Source of the DNA: a virus
DNA: 64,000 nucleotides
Reading direction: 5' to 3' (one strand)
Virus record (IMG/VR): IMGVR_UViG_3300046501_000132
Coordinates: 64,001-128,000 of that record
In this document: positions 18,997 through 28,270 of the stretch, in pieces
Position numbering within the stretch: position 1 is the stretch's first letter
Layout: each line of letters begins with the position of its first letter
Notes under the pieces: model-generated
What the model saw: only the letters and a program-made list of their open reading frames with translations
The model's database searches: none
What the model was told of the DNA's origin: nothing
Program-made: the position numbers and the translations under genes

Positions 18997-19955
18997 TGAT
19001 TCCAATGAACAGCGTATTCCTCTACGGTATTGTAGAGGACGTTATGGACCCTGTACAGCTAGGGCGTTTGAGAGTGCGCTGGCTAGGGGTACACACGGAC
19101 GATAAAACAAAGTTACCCACAGATAAGCTACCGTGGAGTAACGTGCTTGGTACAATCTATTCCGCCTTTATTTCCGGCGTGGGTTCGTCTCCGGTTGGAG
19201 TTGTTCCAGGCACTATGGTGTTCGGGATTCCGGCTGATGACGGAAAGCAAGAGTTCATCGTCTTCGGAACGATGGGTGGTAATCGTTCCGTTTACGGCAA
19301 TGGTACTCAAGGTTTCAATGACCCAAGCGGCCTATATCCTCGTGCTGATGTAGCAGGCGATATTAACAAGAAAGCGGGTGGTAATGGGGACACTGGATCA
19401 TCATACAACGTAACGGCTGATGTGATTCAATCTAGTATTCCCGGCGCTAAGGATCCAACTGTGCCCGATAAGGTTGAAGACCCGAAAGCCTATGGTGATG
19501 CTCCTTGGATGCCGGTAGCACAATCTCAGATCGGCATCAACGAGAAAGATAATCCTGATGTTGTGAAGACCTATCATCAGATCGGCGGCGGTCTAATGCG
19601 CGAGCCTACGGTTGCCTGGTGTGCTGCTTTCGTAGGTTGGTGTCTGGATAAGGTAGGAATCAAGGGCACTCGCAGCGCCTCAGCCCGGTCATATTTGAGC
19701 TATGGTAAGTCGGTCGGTAAGACCAACGTGCCATTTGGCGCTATCGCAGTATTTGGCGTGCCTAATTCCGGGTCTGGTCACGTTGCGTTTGTGGCTGAGG
19801 ATAAGGGCGATAAGCTCATTTGCATTGGGGGCAATCAATCTGATAAGTCGCTCCGCTCGGGTGGTATTGTGTCTAGAACAACCATTCCCAAGAACGGATC
19901 TAGCTTAGTCCTGTTGGACTGCGTATTCCCGACTAATTTGTCGGCTAAGGGGTAA
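18996..19955 (+). CDS. gp5 N-terminal OB-fold fused to NlpC/P60-CHAP-like (TIGR02594-type) hydrolase
   Basis: GIVEDVMDP..LGRLRVR..GVH..LPW; C-terminal AWCAAFVGWCL..SARSY..GHVAFV..GGNQ. Confidence 0.85.
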   Translation: MIPMNSVFLYGIVEDVMDPVQLGRLRVRWLGVHTDDKTKLPTDKLPWSNVLGTIYSAFISGVGSSPVGVVPGTMVFGIPADDGKQEFIVFGTMGGNRSVYGNGTQGFNDPSGLYPRADVAGDINKKAGGNGDTGSSYNVTADVIQSSIPGAKDPTVPDKVEDPKAYGDAPWMPVAQSQIGINEKDNPDVVKTYHQIGGGLMREPTVAWCAAFVGWCLDKVGIKGTRSASARSYLSYGKSVGKTNVPFGAIAVFGVPNSGSGHVAFVAEDKGDKLICIGGNQSDKSLRSGGIVSRTTIPKNGSSLVLLDCVFPTNLSAKG

Positions 19956-19959
19956 GTAA

Positions 19960-20349
19960 GTGGCTACTAACTACACATATAGAGATTTTGATCTCAGCTT
20001 CAGCACCCACCCTGTGACGGGTGATCTGGTAATGAAGACTGATATTTCCGCAATCATTCAGTCGGTAAAGAATTTGGTGGTGACCTCGGCGGGAGAAATC
20101 ATCTGGGAACCGACGATGGGTGGTGGGGTTGGACGTCTATTATTCGAACCCAACGACGCGATGATGCGGATGCAGTTGTATGATAAGATCGAAACAACTA
20201 TCAAACGATTTGAACCCAGGGTGGAACTTGTAGCTCTGGATATTCAGCGATTTGAAAATGGGTATGGTATCTATATCAATATTCAATTCTACGCTTTAAA
20301 TTATCCAGACGTTATTTCTGAAACAATTCCTGTAAAGAGGATTCGATAA
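19960..20349 (+). CDS. baseplate wedge protein gp25
   Basis: YRDFDLSF..HPVTGDL, IIQSVKNLV..GE..P..G, LLFEP, IKRFEPRV. Confidence 0.9.
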   Translation: MATNYTYRDFDLSFSTHPVTGDLVMKTDISAIIQSVKNLVVTSAGEIIWEPTMGGGVGRLLFEPNDAMMRMQLYDKIETTIKRFEPRVELVALDIQRFENGYGIYINIQFYALNYPDVISETIPVKRIR

Positions 20350-23069
20350 TGCAATTCAAACAAGGCCATTTGGTCAAAATCCTAGGTTGCTCTTCAGCAA
20401 CTGAAGCGAAGTGGCTAGACGCGATCAACGCGGCTTGCGCGAAGTACCAGATCAACACAAAGTTGCGCCTAGCAGCTTTTATTGCTCAAGTAGGACATGA
20501 GTCTGGTCGTCTAGCGGCTGTGACCGAAAACTTGAACTACTCTGCTGCGGGACTACAGGCCACGTGGCCTAACCGATTCGATGCTGCTAAGGCAGCGGCT
20601 TGCGCACGTAACCCAGAGAAGATTGCTAACGTAGTTTATAGCAACCGTATGGGCAACGGGTCTGAGGCTTCTGGCGAAGGCTGGAAGTATCGCGGTCGTG
20701 GATTGATCCAGTGCACTGGTAAGTCTAACTATCAAGCATTCTCTCAGTCGGCTGGCGTAGATGCAGTTAGCAATCCTGACGCTCTAGCCCAGCCCGCACT
20801 AGCGGCTTTGAGTGCTGGTTGGTTCTGGGATTCTAAAGGCTTGAACAGTTACGCAGATCGCAGCGACTTCCTGACTATCACCAAGCGTATTAACGGTGGT
20901 ACGAACGGTCAAGATGACCGTGAGATGCTTTACAAGAAGGCTATCATTGTTCTATCGGATGAACCAACGCCCACTGACGAGGAAGCAGCAAAAAAAGCTG
21001 ATCCGACACCGGACACGACAGCACCGGTGTCGGAGGAAAAGACCCCCGCTGCACAAAACACCTCTATTGTTGAACCTAAAGCCGCTTCTGGAGATACCGC
21101 AAAATATCCCTGGAACTTCGTTACTGAGTCGCGTTCTGGCCATTATACAGAAGTTGACGACACGCCGGGTAGCGAACGGTTGAATATGACCCACCGTACC
21201 GGGTCATACTGGGAAATCGGCCCAACTGGAACATTCACTTATAAAGCGGTTCTGGACGCATATAAGTTGACCAAGGGCGATTCCTACGATTACACCGGCG
21301 GAAACTATACACAACAAGTACAAGGACAGTCCTACCGTCAGTCTTCTGGGGATATGATCTTCAAGACCGGTGGTAACTATTTCGTCAATGCCTCTAAGGT
21401 TCAAATGAATACGGGTATGTTGTCGGTGTCGGGAGAAATCAACTCCCCATCGATCAACTCTCCCATGTTTGGAGGAATGTCTGGTGGAGCGTCTTTTGGT
21501 AATCTAGTGGCCAGGGAATCTTTGGTTGCCTATGATCTGGTGGATGGCGGCGCACCGATGGTTGGGGGTGCAATCGGCTTCACAGGCGGATCAGATGGAA
21601 GTGGTAGTGCGGATAACCTACTATCCAACAAACTATCTAAGCAGTCTCCGAACGGAACCCCGTGGGTAACTAATGGCGTTGCTCCAGGGTCTAGCAGCTC
21701 ATCTAACGGTGGATCTGGTAATGGTAGTGGTTCGGGTAGCTCTGGGTCAGGATCAGGCTCTAGCAGCTCATCTACGCTGGGAGGCAACGGCAACGATTAT
21801 GATGTTCCTCCGGAAGCCGGAAGTTCATTCAAGGTATCTGATCTGGTGAAGGTTGGGGTGGGTGCTGCTGCGGCTGCCGGTGCGGTTATGGGGATCATTC
21901 AGGCAACTGACCCTGATCCTGTGGTTGCTAACTCTATGGCATCAGCCGTAGGAAATTTGAACAGCAACACTTCAGCGAAAGATAGTCAGACACCTGTGTT
22001 CTTGAAGCATGTATCGTTCGATAAGCCTACGTTGTTCAGCCAGTCTACGGTTATTGATACTCCTGATCCTGCGTTGTATATGAATAACTATCACACCATC
22101 GTTGATAATGACGGTATTGGTCGTTTGTATATCAGTAATGGGCAAGAATGGGTTCTAGCGGCTGAAAATAAGGAACTCAAAGACTATATTGATGAGAAGA
22201 CCGATGGTCTTGCTGAGGATATCATCAACAACGCTGCGGCTCAAACCCAAGCGATTCTTGATGAAGCTGAGGCTAGACAACAAGCCATTGAGGCTGGTCT
22301 ATTGGCTGAAGCGACTGCACGTGGTGCGGCTGTAACGGCGGAAGCCACTGCCCGTCAAAACGAAGATGAATCATTGTCTAATCGTATTTTGACTCTGACA
22401 GCTTCTGTGGATGATAATGCTGCGGCGATTCAAGAGGAACAATCGGCAAGGGCAGATGCCATTACGGCGGAAGCGAATGCTAGATTGACTCTAGCAGCTA
22501 AAGTTGATGACAACACAGCGTCCATCATCACGGAGCAGACAACAAGAGCGAATGCTGATGAGGCGATCTCAACTCTATTGACTGAAGTCACGTCAACAAC
22601 CAATGGTAACACAGCGGCTATCTCGTCTGAAATTACCGCTCGTACAACGGCTGACTCTGCGTTGTCGAGTCGGATTGATGCGGTTGTTGCTACGGCTGGG
22701 GATAATACAGCGGCGATCATCACTGAACAAAATGCTCGGATTACAGATACCAATAATATCAAGGCCCAATGGGCCATCAAGACGAATGTTAATGGTCACG
22801 TATCTGGTATTGCTTTGGTGAACGATCTGATCAACGGCAATCCAACATCTTCGTTCACGGTATCAGCGGATGTGTTTAAGTTGGTTAAACCAGGCGCCCC
22901 AACTACGGTGGCGACTCCGTTTAGTGTTGATTCTAGTGGTAATGCAGTTTTTGGTGGGATGCTTACAGTCAAGTCTGCCGCGTCTGGACAGAGAACTGAG
23001 ATCGACAATAGTAGCATTCGAGTCTATGACTCTGCTGGTACTTTGCGAGTTAGATTGGGAGTTTGGTGA
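20349..23069 (+). CDS. GH19 lysozyme + gp5 C-terminal beta-helix + coiled coil + J-like tip domain
   Basis: AFIAQVGHES, ENLNYS, YRGRGLIQ.TG, ITKRINGG; YPWNFVTESRSGH.TEVDDTPGSERL..HRTGSY.E; ends LRVRLGVW. Confidence 0.85.
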   Translation: MQFKQGHLVKILGCSSATEAKWLDAINAACAKYQINTKLRLAAFIAQVGHESGRLAAVTENLNYSAAGLQATWPNRFDAAKAAACARNPEKIANVVYSNRMGNGSEASGEGWKYRGRGLIQCTGKSNYQAFSQSAGVDAVSNPDALAQPALAALSAGWFWDSKGLNSYADRSDFLTITKRINGGTNGQDDREMLYKKAIIVLSDEPTPTDEEAAKKADPTPDTTAPVSEEKTPAAQNTSIVEPKAASGDTAKYPWNFVTESRSGHYTEVDDTPGSERLNMTHRTGSYWEIGPTGTFTYKAVLDAYKLTKGDSYDYTGGNYTQQVQGQSYRQSSGDMIFKTGGNYFVNASKVQMNTGMLSVSGEINSPSINSPMFGGMSGGASFGNLVARESLVAYDLVDGGAPMVGGAIGFTGGSDGSGSADNLLSNKLSKQSPNGTPWVTNGVAPGSSSSSNGGSGNGSGSGSSGSGSGSSSSSTLGGNGNDYDVPPEAGSSFKVSDLVKVGVGAAAAAGAVMGIIQATDPDPVVANSMASAVGNLNSNTSAKDSQTPVFLKHVSFDKPTLFSQSTVIDTPDPALYMNNYHTIVDNDGIGRLYISNGQEWVLAAENKELKDYIDEKTDGLAEDIINNAAAQTQAILDEAEARQQAIEAGLLAEATARGAAVTAEATARQNEDESLSNRILTLTASVDDNAAAIQEEQSARADAITAEANARLTLAAKVDDNTASIITEQTTRANADEAISTLLTEVTSTTNGNTAAISSEITARTTADSALSSRIDAVVATAGDNTAAIITEQNARITDTNNIKAQWAIKTNVNGHVSGIALVNDLINGNPTSSFTVSADVFKLVKPGAPTTVATPFSVDSSGNAVFGGMLTVKSAASGQRTEIDNSSIRVYDSAGTLRVRLGVW

Positions 23070-23377
23070 TGGGAATTGGTTTGGAGGTATATAACGCCAG
23101 CGGTCAAAGAACTTTGGCTACTGGCGACTACCTTCCTCGTTTTTTGGGGAAGTTCTTTATTAACAGTACGCCAGGGTCAGTTGTTGATGGTAACTTATCT
23201 ACCCCCGGCACGGTTCCATTTTTTATGTTCTTCCCTGGTAACTCAGCAGGATTCAAAACCAATGCAATCAATTGTCCATATATTACCATATCTGGAAATA
23301 CGATTAGTTGGAATTGGGCTGATGATGGCAATACTGCTTATCATATGGGTGGGATCGTGATTTATGGATTACGGTAA
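23063..23377 (+). CDS. small tail-tip accessory protein
   Basis: GLEVYNASG.. beta-rich protein of the type found after J-like fibre genes. Confidence 0.6.
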   Translation: MVMGIGLEVYNASGQRTLATGDYLPRFLGKFFINSTPGSVVDGNLSTPGTVPFFMFFPGNSAGFKTNAINCPYITISGNTISWNWADDGNTAYHMGGIVIYGLR

Positions 23378-24130
23378 GTAGACATTGGTTACATCAACTG
23401 CAAATAGATTGCCGCCGACTGGCTGTTGTCGATTAATAGAAGTTGATGTGGCGGCCCAAGTGGGATCATACGCACCGGTTGCCACTCCGGGAACCGAAGC
23501 GGCGTTGTTAATGTAGATAGTTTGCATCCACTGTCTACCATCAACACCTGTGTATGGGTCAGCGGTGACGTATGATTTAGGATTATCAAATGCCGCGGCT
23601 AATTTCTGTCCAGCAAATGTTCCGTCGATATTATATGTACCAACTCCATATCCATCAACTGGAGTACCATACGGAATACTAGCAAAACCGATGATTCTCA
23701 TCGGTTCGTAGTCCGAACTGAATGTGACCCGCCCTGTAGCATCGTAAGTGACCAACCCATATGCCGGAGCAATATTTGGTTGGACGTCATACACGTAATA
23801 GGATACGGCAGCGCCCCACCCAGCTGGCGTTTGAGAAGAAACCCAGAACTCATGAAGATAACGACCTGGATTTTCAATATCATCACCTTCGCTTCTTGAG
23901 ATAACTGAACACGCCCCATTTTGGTATCCGTAATAACCATTCGAATACGCAACTACCATGATTGGAGCAGTCCAGCCAGTATTGGTGAATGTGACTTTGC
24001 GGATATTCACCGGAGGTGTTGCTGAAGCTGGGAAGTTAATATATCCACGAGAGACTAGAACGTAATTTGTAAATTGTGAGTCGATCTGGATCGTTCCATT
24101 ACTGTTATAAACCTGTAGTGCTGCTGGCAT
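23369..24130 (-). CDS. tail-tip/receptor-binding accessory protein
   Basis: MPAALQVYNSNGTIQID and internal YGLVTYDATGRVTFSS repeat; convergent with previous gene. Confidence 0.6.
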   Translation of the reverse strand: MPAALQVYNSNGTIQIDSQFTNYVLVSRGYINFPASATPPVNIRKVTFTNTGWTAPIMVVAYSNGYYGYQNGACSVISRSEGDDIENPGRYLHEFWVSSQTPAGWGAAVSYYVYDVQPNIAPAYGLVTYDATGRVTFSSDYEPMRIIGFASIPYGTPVDGYGVGTYNIDGTFAGQKLAAAFDNPKSYVTADPYTGVDGRQWMQTIYINNAASVPGVATGAYDPTWAATSTSINRQQPVGGNLFAVDVTNVYLP

Positions 24131-24143
24131 TCAAATGCTCCGA

Positions 24144-24173
24144 TAAATAATAGTGTTACCAATGAAGTATTTA
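24144..24173. promoter_or_regulatory. pair of opposed late promoters
   Basis: TAAATA (+) 24144-24149 and TAAATA (-) 24168-24173. Confidence 0.55.
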
Positions 24174-24201
24174 ATATCTATAACACGAGGTTGGAGGCGA
24201 T

Positions 24202-24648
24202 ATGGTTACGGTTGCTTTTTATAAAGGGCGTGGCTCAGCCTGGGATAACTTTTGGGCTGATTTGATCAGATGGTGGACCGGTGGTCCATATTCCCACGTT
24301 GAGGTAATTACAAAGACTAATGCGGAAGGTCAATCATTCTGCTACTCGTCTGTCTTCAAAGAGAAGGGCATTCGAGGTAAGTGGAGAGATTTGGCTGTTG
24401 GTGATTGGGACTTCGTTGATGTGGATGTAGATCCACTGCAGGTAGAAGCCTGGTTCGTTGCACACGCTGGGGCTAAATACGATTTGCTTGGTCTTCTTGG
24501 CTTTGTCTTCCGACGCGAAGAATATGACCACAATAAATACTTTTGTTCCGAGGCAGTAGCAGATGCTATTGGACTTGGGGAGGGTTGGAGATACGATCCT
24601 AATGCCCTCAAACCTATTGTTGATTTTCTTTCAAAATACAAGGATTAA
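24202..24648 (+). CDS. permuted papain-like (NlpC/P60) protein
   Basis: YSHVE His before YFCSE Cys, G.KYD. Confidence 0.7.
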   Translation: MVTVAFYKGRGSAWDNFWADLIRWWTGGPYSHVEVITKTNAEGQSFCYSSVFKEKGIRGKWRDLAVGDWDFVDVDVDPLQVEAWFVAHAGAKYDLLGLLGFVFRREEYDHNKYFCSEAVADAIGLGEGWRYDPNALKPIVDFLSKYKD

Positions 24649-24650
24649 AA

Positions 24651-25022
24651 ATGGCACGTTTTGAACCCACTGACCTAGCCCATAAAGAGGCACTAAAGGC
24701 TCGCGCAGAAAAGCTGAAACCCAATGCTTTCAATCTAGTGGCTACGGCACGCGGCTGGGAACAGTCTCGCCCCAATGGCACTCTAGAACTATTGGTTTGT
24801 TTCGCAGGTCTAGATGAACTGCTAGGCGATAATGCCCCGGCTGAAGTTGTGGGTGAGCCTGTTGAGGTTGTAGTTCCTACTGTGGTTGAGGAAACCGCTA
24901 AAGAGACGGTAGTTGACGCCACCCCTCCGGTAGAAACCAAGCCTGCTGAAGTAGTGAAGGCTCCGGCTAAGAAGACTGGCGGGCGTCCAAAGAAGGTTGT
25001 TGAAGATAAGGCGGCTGAATAA
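24651..25022 (+). CDS. hypothetical protein with Ala/Glu/Pro/Lys-rich tail
   Basis: 123-aa ORF; VATARGW motif; low-complexity C-terminus. Confidence 0.7.
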   Translation: MARFEPTDLAHKEALKARAEKLKPNAFNLVATARGWEQSRPNGTLELLVCFAGLDELLGDNAPAEVVGEPVEVVVPTVVEETAKETVVDATPPVETKPAEVVKAPAKKTGGRPKKVVEDKAAE

Positions 25023-25300
25023 TGAAGACCGTATCTGACTACATCAAGCTTGTTGAAAGTGAAGGCGCTGTAAACACGGTTAGTTCTGGCGCTATTGCAG
25101 GTAAGGACGTACCTTTGGGTAAGGTTCAAAAGCGCAAGGTTCAGGAATCGGATGCTTATGAGGGTGAGAATCCTTTGGCTGACGCAGCAGGTGATATTCC
25201 GTTGCTGACGGTGTATGCCCCTGAGTCTCCTACTACTCAATGTGATCCACATCGCTTCCATCAGAAGCAACAATACAATAACGACTCCATGTCGTCTTGA
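25022..25300 (+). CDS. candidate internal head protein
   Basis: N-terminus MKTVSDYIKLVE resembles a capsid-targeting sequence; in late operon. Confidence 0.5.
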   Translation: MKTVSDYIKLVESEGAVNTVSSGAIAGKDVPLGKVQKRKVQESDAYEGENPLADAAGDIPLLTVYAPESPTTQCDPHRFHQKQQYNNDSMSS

Positions 25301-25302
25301 TC

Positions 25303-25333
25303 AAAATCCCTCAGAGAAATCTGGGGGATTTTT
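25303..25333 (+). terminator. intrinsic terminator
   Basis: AAAATCCCTCAGA-GAAA-TCTGGGGGATTTTT. Confidence 0.8.
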
Positions 25334-25345
25334 CATTTACCATGG

Positions 25346-25374
25346 TTTACTTTCCATACTAAACATACTATAAT
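25346..25374 (+). promoter_or_regulatory. sigma70-type promoter for DNA polymerase
   Basis: TTTACT-17nt-TATAAT. Confidence 0.75.
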
Positions 25375-25421
25375 TATCCCCTTAGATAATGGTTGGACCG
25401 GACAATATTTGGAGTTAGCGG

Positions 25422-28163
25422 ATGAGTGATAGCTGGTACACGAACGTAGATGTTCGTGGTAATAAGGTTTTTCTGCGGTACGTTGAAGGCGACCAACACA
25501 AGATGGAAGTCGTTGAATTCGGCCCTGAGCTGTATATTCGTACAAACGATGCTTCTAAAGCCGACGCAATGTCGATGCATGATGAACCCCTAGAAGCCGT
25601 ACAATTCCAAGATCACCGTGAGATGCGGAAGTTCATTGAGTCATATAAGGACGTTGATGGATTCTCTGTTTATGGTACTGAGAGTATCATGAACCAATTC
25701 GTGTCTAGGGCTTATGCAGGTGAAATCAAATATGACGGTCAAAAGATTCGCGGCGCGATTCTGGATATTGAAACTTTCTCGGGTGATATCGAAGTTGATG
25801 AATATGGGACGGTAAATCCTGTTGATGGTCCCTTCCCCGATCCGTATGAGGCGAGTCATCCGATCAACTTGATCACCGTTTATTCTACTGTTGAGAAGAA
25901 GTTCTATTCTTGGGGTCTGGAGTATTTCAAGGATCAATTCATAGGAACCTACGTACATAATCCTGAGCATGACCGCGTGGGTAAACTGAATGTGACCTAC
26001 AAGGGCTTCAAGGATGAGTACGCGATGTTGAATGACTTCGTGGCTTGGTGGCAAGTACAAGGATTCAACTATTGGTCCGGCTGGCACATTGAGGGCTTCG
26101 ATAATCCGTATCTAACGAATCGTATTGAGAAGGTTTGTGGAGAAGCAGCAAAGAAGAAACTTAGTGTCTGGAACATGATCAGCAAGCATACCTTCACCAA
26201 CGACTTCGGTGAAGAAATGACTGTGTTTGAATGGTTTGGTACTCAGATGCTGGACTATAAGCAATTGTTCGAGAAACACGGGTTTATGAACCCTGAGGAC
26301 AAGAAGCTAGACACGGTGGCGAGGCTGATCCTGGGTGAAGGTAAGGTTGACTATAAGGCTGAAGGTAATCTCAACACTTTGTATATCCGCAACTATCAAA
26401 AGTCTGTGGAATATAACATCGTTGACGTTGATCTGATCGTCCGGATGAACAACAAGAAACGCTTCTTTGAACTCACATTCATTCTAGCGTATCTATGTAA
26501 GGCCAACTATGTTGATACGCTTGGAACGGTAAAGCCCTGGTCGGCTCTGACGTATTCGATGCTTTGTGAGAAGGGACAGCGTCCTAAGATCAAGTCTGTG
26601 TATGAAGGTGACGTTCAGTTCGGCGGTGGCTTTGTTCGTGAAATGAAGGGCGGTCGGTTTCGTTGGGTTGTATCTTGTGACTTGAACTCTCTTTATCCTC
26701 ACTTGATCCAACAATACAACCTCGGTGCTGAGACGATTATCGAGCCTGAGGATTTGCCTGCTGAGGTTAGAGCACTTCCTGCCTTCACGATGGATGATCT
26801 TGTTAACCAACGAGTCGATCTATCTGTGTTGAAGAAGTATAACATTTGTATGACTGCAAACCGAGCATTCTTCAAGCGCGGTAAGAAGTCTATCTTCAAC
26901 GAAAAGACGCGGGAGATTTACGACACGCGGAAGAAGGTGAAGAAGCAGATGTTGGTCTTTGAACAGCAAGAGGTCGATCTTCAGGCTAAGATTGGGGACC
27001 GTGAACCGACTGCCGAAGAACAAGCGACACTGGATGACTTGGCAATCAAGATTTCGACATACGATGTCCATCAGCACTCGCTGAAGATTCTGATGAACTC
27101 GCTGTTTGGTGCAATCGGAAACAAGTGGTTCAAGGAATGTTTTGATGTTCGAGTCGCTGAAGGGATTACACTATCTGGTAAGCTGTCGATTCTGTGGATT
27201 GCTCGTAAGCTAGATGAGTATCTGAACAAGATTCTCGGTACTGGTGAGACGAAACACAAGATTCATCACGTATCGAAACCTGCATCGACGAAGCTAGAAG
27301 TATTGGGCGGTAAGAACTACGCGATTTATCAGGACACTGACTCGTGTTATCTGGATATGTCTGGTCTTGTGGACAAGATGTTCACCGCAGAGCAGCAGAA
27401 GGAAGACCCTGAGAAGATTGTTAATTTCTTGGATAAGCTGTTCAACGATAAGATCGAACCGTTCATCAACAAGTGCTATGAGGAACTGGCCGACTACGTG
27501 AACGCTGATGACCAGCGTATGTTCATGAAGCGAGAAGTTATTGCTACGGATGCAATCTGGGCAGCCAAGAAGCGTTACACGATGCTTGTTGCTGACTCGG
27601 AAGGCGTGCGGTATTGGCCGAAGATGTATCACAAGACGGTGGGTCTGGATGCGGTGAAAACCGAAGCCCCGAAACTGTGTCGTGAGTGGATGCTAGATTG
27701 TTACAAGATTGCTCTGAGTGGGACCGAACAGGAACTACAAGACTATTGCGCTGAGCGTAAGAAAGAGTATTTCGCTTTGCCTATTGAAAAGATGGCTAAG
27801 GTGTCCGGCGTGAACGGGATTGAAAAATATTCAGACCCTAACACGATGTACATCAAGGGTACGCCAAAGCACGTGAAGGCGGCGATCTGGCATAATCACT
27901 TGGTCGATAAGTTGGGTATCAAGGGTCTGTCTAAGGTTCAATCCGGAGACAAGATTATGTATGTTGACTTGAAGATGCCCAATCCTTATATGTGCGAGAC
28001 CATCGCCTTCCAAGGTAAGATTCCGCCCGATTTTAAGTTGGATAAGTATGTAAACTACGAAGCGAACTATGAGAAGTTGTTCATTGGTTATCTGAACAAC
28101 CTTATCAACGTAGTCAACTGGTCTGCGGTTCGTCGCGCATCGGTCATGGACTGGTTCGCGTAA
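25422..28163 (+). CDS. family B DNA polymerase gp43
   Basis: LDIET, GFDNPYL, DLNSLYP, KILMNSLFG, YQDTDS, KKRY; 913 aa, no intein. Confidence 0.97.
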   Translation: MSDSWYTNVDVRGNKVFLRYVEGDQHKMEVVEFGPELYIRTNDASKADAMSMHDEPLEAVQFQDHREMRKFIESYKDVDGFSVYGTESIMNQFVSRAYAGEIKYDGQKIRGAILDIETFSGDIEVDEYGTVNPVDGPFPDPYEASHPINLITVYSTVEKKFYSWGLEYFKDQFIGTYVHNPEHDRVGKLNVTYKGFKDEYAMLNDFVAWWQVQGFNYWSGWHIEGFDNPYLTNRIEKVCGEAAKKKLSVWNMISKHTFTNDFGEEMTVFEWFGTQMLDYKQLFEKHGFMNPEDKKLDTVARLILGEGKVDYKAEGNLNTLYIRNYQKSVEYNIVDVDLIVRMNNKKRFFELTFILAYLCKANYVDTLGTVKPWSALTYSMLCEKGQRPKIKSVYEGDVQFGGGFVREMKGGRFRWVVSCDLNSLYPHLIQQYNLGAETIIEPEDLPAEVRALPAFTMDDLVNQRVDLSVLKKYNICMTANRAFFKRGKKSIFNEKTREIYDTRKKVKKQMLVFEQQEVDLQAKIGDREPTAEEQATLDDLAIKISTYDVHQHSLKILMNSLFGAIGNKWFKECFDVRVAEGITLSGKLSILWIARKLDEYLNKILGTGETKHKIHHVSKPASTKLEVLGGKNYAIYQDTDSCYLDMSGLVDKMFTAEQQKEDPEKIVNFLDKLFNDKIEPFINKCYEELADYVNADDQRMFMKREVIATDAIWAAKKRYTMLVADSEGVRYWPKMYHKTVGLDAVKTEAPKLCREWMLDCYKIALSGTEQELQDYCAERKKEYFALPIEKMAKVSGVNGIEKYSDPNTMYIKGTPKHVKAAIWHNHLVDKLGIKGLSKVQSGDKIMYVDLKMPNPYMCETIAFQGKIPPDFKLDKYVNYEANYEKLFIGYLNNLINVVNWSAVRRASVMDWFA

Positions 28164-28171
28164 ATCATAGA

Positions 28172-28228
28172 GAAGCCCGGAGATTCATAGTCTCCGGGCT
28201 TTACCGTTTACATTTACATAGGTATAAT
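28172..28228 (+). promoter_or_regulatory. terminator overlapping a sigma70-type promoter
   Basis: AAGCCCGGAGA..TCTCCGGGCTTT then TTTACC-17nt-TATAAT (28200-28228). Confidence 0.75.
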
Positions 28229-28270
28229 GTAGCCTTACCCGATAACCTTAAAAGAGTAAAGGTGTAGAGA

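Noticed and set aside
21690-21800. Short direct repeats TCTAGCAGCTCATCTA
   Set aside because: Explained by the Gly/Ser linker coding sequence
23369-24130. Invertible host-range cassette to explain the inverted tail gene
   Set aside because: No flanking inverted repeats or recombinase seen; gene has its own late promoter
25422-28163. Inteins or introns in polymerase, nrdA, nrdB or uvsW
   Set aside because: Lengths are normal and no splice-junction motifs or frame breaks are present
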